DNA of 64,000 nucleotides from Nannocystis bainbridge (GTDB lineage Bacteria; Myxococcota_A; Polyangia; Nannocystales; Nannocystaceae): NCBI RefSeq assembly GCF_028368995.1, contig NZ_JAQNDL010000003.1, positions 1,376,001 to 1,440,000 of the forward strand, read 5' to 3'. Shown piece by piece: positions 58,224 to 64,000 of this stretch (position 1 is its first letter; each line of letters starts with the position of its first letter). The notes under the pieces were generated by a model. It saw only the letters and a program-made list of their open reading frames with translations, ran no database searches and was not told where the DNA came from. The position numbers and the translations under genes were made by a program.

Positions 58224-59528
58224 CTATGTCGTTTCGCGCAGGCGTAACTCGGCCGCGCGAGCGTGCCCCTCGAGCCCCTCGGCGCGGGCCAAGCGAGCGA
58301 TCGCCGGCGCCTGGGCGGCCAGCGCGGCGCGGCCGAGCCGCAGCACGCTGGTGTGCTTGACGAAGTCCCACACCCCGAGCGGTGAGGCGAAGCGGGCCGC
58401 GCCGGCCGTCGGCAGCACGTGGCTGGGCCCGGCCGTGTAGTCGCCGGCGGCCTCGGGCGTGAACGCGCCGACGAAGATCGCCCCCGCGCTGACGATCTGC
58501 CGCGCCACCTCGTCGGCCTCGGCCACCAGCAGCTCGACGTGCTCGGGCGCGTAGGCGTTGACGGCCGCGACCATCGCCGCGAGGTCGTCGACCACCACCG
58601 CCGCGCCGTGCTCGCGCAGCGCCTGCGAGGCGATCTCGGCCCGCGGCAGGTCGCCCAGCTGTCGCGCCAGCGCCGCGGTCACGCGGGGCACCAGCGCCTC
58701 GTCGTCGGTCACGAGGATCGCGCACGCGAGCACGTCGTGCTCGGCCTGGGCGATCAGGTCGGCGGCGATCAGCTCGGGGTCGGCGGCCGCGTCGGCCATC
58801 ACCACGATCTCGCTCGGCCCGGCGATCCCGTCGATCGCACACAGCCCGAACACCTGGCGCTTGGCCGCGGTCACGTAGGCGTTGCCGGGCCCGACGATCT
58901 TGTCGACGCGCGGCACCGTCGCGGTCCCCAGCGCCAGCGCGGCGATCGCCTGCGCCCCGCCGATCTGGAACACGCGGTCGACCTCGGCGATCTCGGCCGC
59001 CAGCAGCACCACGTCGGGCGCGCGCGGCGTCACCAGGATCACCTCGGGCACGCCGGCGACCTTGGCCGGGATCCCGGCCATCAGCACCGACGACGGATAG
59101 GCCGCGGTGCCGCCGGGCGCATACACGGCGACGCGGCGCAGCGGCGCGACCCGGCTGTACAAAGAGACATCTTCGATCTCGAGCCCGGTGTCGCCGTGGG
59201 CCTGGGTCTCGTGGAACACCCGGATCCCGCGGGCCGCGGTGACGAGGGCGGCGCGCAGGTCGGGCGACACGCGCGCCGCCGCCTCGGCCCGCGCCTCGCG
59301 GGAGATCTCGAACTGCTCGGGCGTCAGCGTGCGCTGCTCGAACCGGCTCGTCAGCTCGCACACCGCCGCGTCGCCGCGCGCCCGCACGTCGGCGATGATT
59401 GCGCGCGCAGCCGCATCGGCCTCGCCTTCGAGCCCCGCCGCGCGGGAGCAGAGGCTCCTCCAGGTCGCCTGGTCCTCGGCTCTACCCCCGCCGCGGAGGT
59501 CGAGCGTGCGAAAGCCGAGGTCTCGCAT
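58224..59528 (-). CDS. hisD: Histidinol dehydrogenase
   Basis: [55 protein letters not shown]. Confidence 0.96.
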   Translation of the reverse strand: MRDLGFRTLDLRGGGRAEDQATWRSLCSRAAGLEGEADAAARAIIADVRARGDAAVCELTSRFEQRTLTPEQFEISREARAEAAARVSPDLRAALVTAARGIRVFHETQAHGDTGLEIEDVSLYSRVAPLRRVAVYAPGGTAAYPSSVLMAGIPAKVAGVPEVILVTPRAPDVVLLAAEIAEVDRVFQIGGAQAIAALALGTATVPRVDKIVGPGNAYVTAAKRQVFGLCAIDGIAGPSEIVVMADAAADPELIAADLIAQAEHDVLACAILVTDDEALVPRVTAALARQLGDLPRAEIASQALREHGAAVVVDDLAAMVAAVNAYAPEHVELLVAEADEVARQIVSAGAIFVGAFTPEAAGDYTAGPSHVLPTAGAARFASPLGVWDFVKHTSVLRLGRAALAAQAPAIARLARAEGLEGHARAAELRLRETT

Positions 59529-59606
59529 CGCTCGCAAGGTACAGCGCTCACGCCCCTGACGGAAGTGAAACTCGCCCGGTTCTTGGTTATCCTGCCTTCT
59601 GCGCAG

Positions 59607-60731
59607 ATGTCGCCCGCCGCGTACTGTCCAGCTCGCGTCCTCGCGCCTGCACGCGCGGTGGGGCTCGCGCTCACGCTCGCGCACGCGGCCTGCACCGCCC
59701 CCGGCCCCGGCGCGACCGAGGGCGCCGGCACGGGCGACAGCAGCAGCACCGGGGTGTGGGCCGAGGCGCCCGCCCCCGCCGACGCTTGCGACGAGGCCCT
59801 GCTGGTGTCGCAGGGGCGTTATCGCGGCAACCTGCGCGAAATGAAGGTCGACGAGCCGATCGGCGGCGTGTGCGGCGGCGCCGGCCCGGACGCGTTCTTC
59901 CGCGTCGAGGTCCCGGTGCGGGCCGACCTCCGCGTCGCCGCCCACGGCGTCGGCTTCGCCCCGCGCCTCTCGCTCGCCCCCGACGACTGCCTCGGAGGAC
60001 GCGAGATCACCTGCGCCGCCGACGGCCCGCTCGAGCTGCCCGACCTCGCCGCCGGCACCGTCCTGCGCCTCGCCATCGGCGTCGACGCGGCTGTCTTTTC
60101 GGACCTGAAACAAAAGCCAGCCCCCGACGACGCCGTCGACCCGCTGAGCTACGACCTCGACATCGGCCTCGTCCGCGTGCTCGCGGCCGGCGACGTGTGC
60201 GAGCCGGCCTCGCGCGGGCGCTGCGTCGCCGGCACCCTGTGCATGACGAGCGCCCCGGCCCAGCCGCCCGAGTGCACCACCCTGCCCGGCGACACCTGCA
60301 GCACCGCCCTGCGCACGCCGGTCGTGCTGAGCCCCGCCGGCGAGGGCGCTCTGGTGATCGACCCCGCCCTGCCGCAGACCGACGCGCACGCCAGCAGCTG
60401 CGGCGGCGCCGGTCTGCGCGAGCGGGTCCTGCAGTTGGATCTGCCGGTGGTGCCCCCGGCGCGGGCGCTCGAGATCACGGTCAGCCGTCCGGACATCGGC
60501 CTCGCCGTGCGCTCGCCCGGCTGCCTCGCCGCCGACGAAGTCGCCTGCGCGGCCGGCACCGGCGCCCCGGCCCGGATCGTGCTGGATCGCCTCGCGGCCC
60601 GCCGCGCCGCCGGCGTGGCGCCTTACTTGTTCATCGAGCTCCCGCTCCACAGCGAACGCGATCCTGCCTTCACGCTCGACCTGCGCCTCGTGCCCGAGCC
60701 GACCGCCTGGGGCACGGCTGGAGCACCGTGA
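59607..60731 (+). CDS. Hypothetical Cys-rich lipoprotein with two PPC-like repeats
   Basis: AHAAC lipobox-like; CGGAGPD and CGGAGLRE repeats; EITCA and EVACA. Confidence 0.6.
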   Translation: MSPAAYCPARVLAPARAVGLALTLAHAACTAPGPGATEGAGTGDSSSTGVWAEAPAPADACDEALLVSQGRYRGNLREMKVDEPIGGVCGGAGPDAFFRVEVPVRADLRVAAHGVGFAPRLSLAPDDCLGGREITCAADGPLELPDLAAGTVLRLAIGVDAAVFSDLKQKPAPDDAVDPLSYDLDIGLVRVLAAGDVCEPASRGRCVAGTLCMTSAPAQPPECTTLPGDTCSTALRTPVVLSPAGEGALVIDPALPQTDAHASSCGGAGLRERVLQLDLPVVPPARALEITVSRPDIGLAVRSPGCLAADEVACAAGTGAPARIVLDRLAARRAAGVAPYLFIELPLHSERDPAFTLDLRLVPEPTAWGTAGAP

Positions 60732-60823
60732 CGCCCTCGCGTGCGCGTGTGAGGGTTTGACGCCACCTGCGTGATCGGCGGGCTCATCCCGCGTGAGATC
60801 GTCGCGAATGGGCCGCAAAGCGC

Positions 60824-60852
60824 TTGCCCTGCGCAAAAGGCGCGCATATGCT
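60824..60852 (+). promoter_or_regulatory. Sigma70-type promoter of metK
   Basis: TTGCCC-N17-TATGCT. Confidence 0.5.
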
Positions 60853-60913
60853 CGCGCCGCGCCCGCGGGTGCCAATCCTTACGTCAACCGCTGTTCCGCC
60901 ACCGAGAGTCAAA

Positions 60914-62068
<1,155 letters not shown>

Positions 62069-62090
62069 GCCCCCTCCGGTCCCGACGCCC

Positions 62091-62134
62091 GCGCGCGACC
62101 CCGGCCCCCGCCGCGGTCGCGCGCTGTTTTTTTT
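62091..62134 (+). terminator. Intrinsic terminator after metK
   Basis: GCGCGCGACC...GGTCGCGCGC stem followed by TG and T8. Confidence 0.75.
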
Positions 62135-62154
62135 GGCGATGACGATGGCGTTCG

Positions 62155-62220
62155 GGACATGTCCTCACGGGCATGTCCCGATCGACATGTCCCATGTGGC
62201 ATGTCCCGTTCGACATGTCC
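62155..62220. repeat. Five-unit 14-bp-period palindrome array
   Basis: CATG at 62158, 62172, 62186, 62200, 62214. Confidence 0.92.
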
Positions 62221-62580
62221 AAGGGGCAGCCCTCGCGGCCGCCCACTCGCTCCACCCGCGCGCATCCGCGTCCGGTTGCCCCGACATGTCCGAAGCACGG
62301 TGAGCCGCCTCCGCCACCGCGCACTCGCTCCACCCGAGCCCATCCGCGGGTCGGCTGACCCCGACACGTCCGAAGCACGCCTGGGCCGCCTTCTCGCCCG
62401 CGCACTCGCTTTCGCCCACGCCCATCCGCGGCCGGCTGGCTCCGACATCTTCGAGAGCACGCCGAAGCCGCCTTCTCGCCCGCGCACTCGCTACATCCGC
62501 GGCCGGCTGGCCCCGACAAGATCAAAGCACGCGGGGCCGCCTTCGCGGTCGCGCACTCGCTATCCGCGGCCGGCGGCCCC
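62211..62580. repeat. Five degenerate 70-80 bp tandem units
   Basis: ccgaca..agcacg..gcactcgct..atccgcg units starting ~62211, 62281, 62361, 62442, 62513. Confidence 0.8.
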
Positions 62581-62990
62581 GTCATGCTCCAGACACGCCG
62601 AGTCTCCCTCGCCGCCCCGAGATCGCGCGCACCGCAAGCAGCCGCTCGCTCCTAGCACGCCGCAGCCATCGGCACGGCGACATCGCCGAGCGCCCCCTCG
62701 TCCGACTCACGCAGCGCGGCCTGTCTCGCTGCGACTCGCGAACGCGACGAGCGAGCACCCGAGCGCGCGTGCAGATGCAGCAAACCGAAGCACGCCTCCG
62801 CCAAGTTCGCCGCGAGCCGGCCACTTCAATGGTTGAAAGCCGTGCAGTCGACCCGGCTCGCGTGGCCCCAGCAATTTCTCGAGCGCGGTCGCCGCTGGTT
62901 CGATCCCGCCCTCACCCTGCAAGCACCCACGGAGCCCACGAATTGTCCGCCGACTGGCTCAGAATTACGCGCCTTGGTAGCCTGTCTGTG

Positions 62991-63791
62991 ATGGTCGCCT
63001 CGCCGTCGCGCCGGCTCTCTGTTGCTGCTCTGGTCCTCGCCCTCGCCGGCGGGGCCACCTGGGCCCACGCCGCTCCCGCCCCGAAGAAGGCGGCCGCCGC
63101 CCCGGCCGCGGCGCCTGCGTCTGCCGATCCGGCACCGACCCAGACGGCCGCGCAGACGCCGACCCCGACCGCCGCCACCAACACCGGCGGCCTGCTCGGC
63201 GAGGACCCTGCCGCCAGCGCGCGCACCTCGGACCTCTACGGCGACCGCCTCGACGGCATCGAGGCCGAGGTCAACAGCCTCAAGGACAAGATCTTCCGCA
63301 GCAAGGCGCGCCTGGCTGTCCTTCGCGACACCGTCATGGCGGGCGTCGCCGCTGGCGGCCGCGTCGTGCTCGCCCACCGCAACCTCATGGGCGTCGGCTT
63401 CCGCCTGGTGCGGATCGTCTACACCCTCGACGGCGCGCAGATCTTCGCCCGCAGCGACGAATCGGGCGGCCTCGACGCCGAGGACGAGATCCTCGTGTTC
63501 GACGGCACCTTGCCGCCCGGCCCGCACGAGGCCCGCGTCGAGCTCACCTACCAGGGCCAGGGCTACGGCGTCTTCACCTACCTGCGCGGCTACACCTTCA
63601 AGTCGCCGCAGACCCACAGCTTCAACGTCACCGAGGGCGGCAGCTTCAAGCTGGTCAGCAAGGGCTACGAGCGCGGCAACCTCACCACCGAGATGAAGGA
63701 CCGCCCGGCCGTCGAGTTCCAGATCCTGGGCCAGGACGGCGTCGCCAGCTCCGCCGCCAAGTCCGAGCCCGCCGCCGCGCCCGCCAAGTGA
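62991..63791 (+). CDS. Conserved myxobacterial-type exported protein (Ala/Pro linker, coiled coil, beta domain)
   Basis: Signal ending AHA, EVNSLKDKIFRSKARL, YTLDG, GYGVFTYLRGY. Confidence 0.7.
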   Translation: MVASPSRRLSVAALVLALAGGATWAHAAPAPKKAAAAPAAAPASADPAPTQTAAQTPTPTAATNTGGLLGEDPAASARTSDLYGDRLDGIEAEVNSLKDKIFRSKARLAVLRDTVMAGVAAGGRVVLAHRNLMGVGFRLVRIVYTLDGAQIFARSDESGGLDAEDEILVFDGTLPPGPHEARVELTYQGQGYGVFTYLRGYTFKSPQTHSFNVTEGGSFKLVSKGYERGNLTTEMKDRPAVEFQILGQDGVASSAAKSEPAAAPAK

Positions 63792-63795
63792 TCCC

Positions 63796-64000
63796 ATGCC
63801 GCGCGCCCTCGCCCGCCTGGCCCTGGCCTGTGCCCTGCTCGCCCCCGCGGCGGCCGAGGCTGCGCCTTGGGACATGCCCGCGAGCACAGGTCTCTTCGCA
63901 CCTGTCCTTTCGCGCATGTCCCTCCAGCCATCCTGGTACGCCGCCCTCGCCCCTGTCTCTGGCGCCATGTCCTTTCGGACATCCGCGCACGCCGCCCTCG
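63796..64000 (+). CDS. Exported protein, 5' part (runs off window)
   Basis: MPRALARLALACALLAPAAAEA signal peptide 4 bp after the previous stop. Confidence 0.5.
   Translation, partial: MPRALARLALACALLAPAAAEAAPWDMPASTGLFAPVLSRMSLQPSWYAALAPVSGAMSFRTSAHAAL

Noticed and set aside
60732-60913. SAM-I riboswitch upstream of metK (GGTGCCAATCC motif)
   Set aside because: Other core motifs are missing and a sigma70-like promoter leaves only a short leader; an Rfam scan would settle it.
62211-62580. 70-80 bp units as a CRISPR array
   Set aside because: Whole units are homologous; there are no unique spacers.

Overview
Very GC-rich bacterial chromosomal window. Thr-rich linkers, Cys-rich repeat lipoproteins, a eukaryote-like Ser/Thr kinase and sterol- and carotenoid-type enzymes point to a myxobacterium, probably Nannocystis-like (inference). 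Most of it is ordinary metabolism and envelope: hisD-hisC, metK, mmsA plus a class III aminotransferase, an MBOAT/SGNH O-acetylation pair, a crtC-crtD/crtE-crtT-crtU carotenoid cluster and a Rieske-SCP2/sterol desaturase trio. Two things stand out. (1) A ~4.7 kb island of visibly lower GC (~13.9-18.7 kb) encodes a type III CBASS core (CD-NTase, HORMA, TRIP13-like AAA+). It has no classical effector in the operon. Instead a divergent pair encodes an enzyme-less SAVED sensor with a C-terminal helical adaptor domain and a CHAT caspase-like protease carrying a homologous adaptor at its N-terminus. This looks like a split, inflammasome-like CBASS effector. (2) A dispersed 14-bp palindrome (TGTCC-N4-GGACA) forms exactly 14-bp-phased arrays at about 20 loci, some inside genes. 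All family calls are from motif recognition by eye; no database searches were run.
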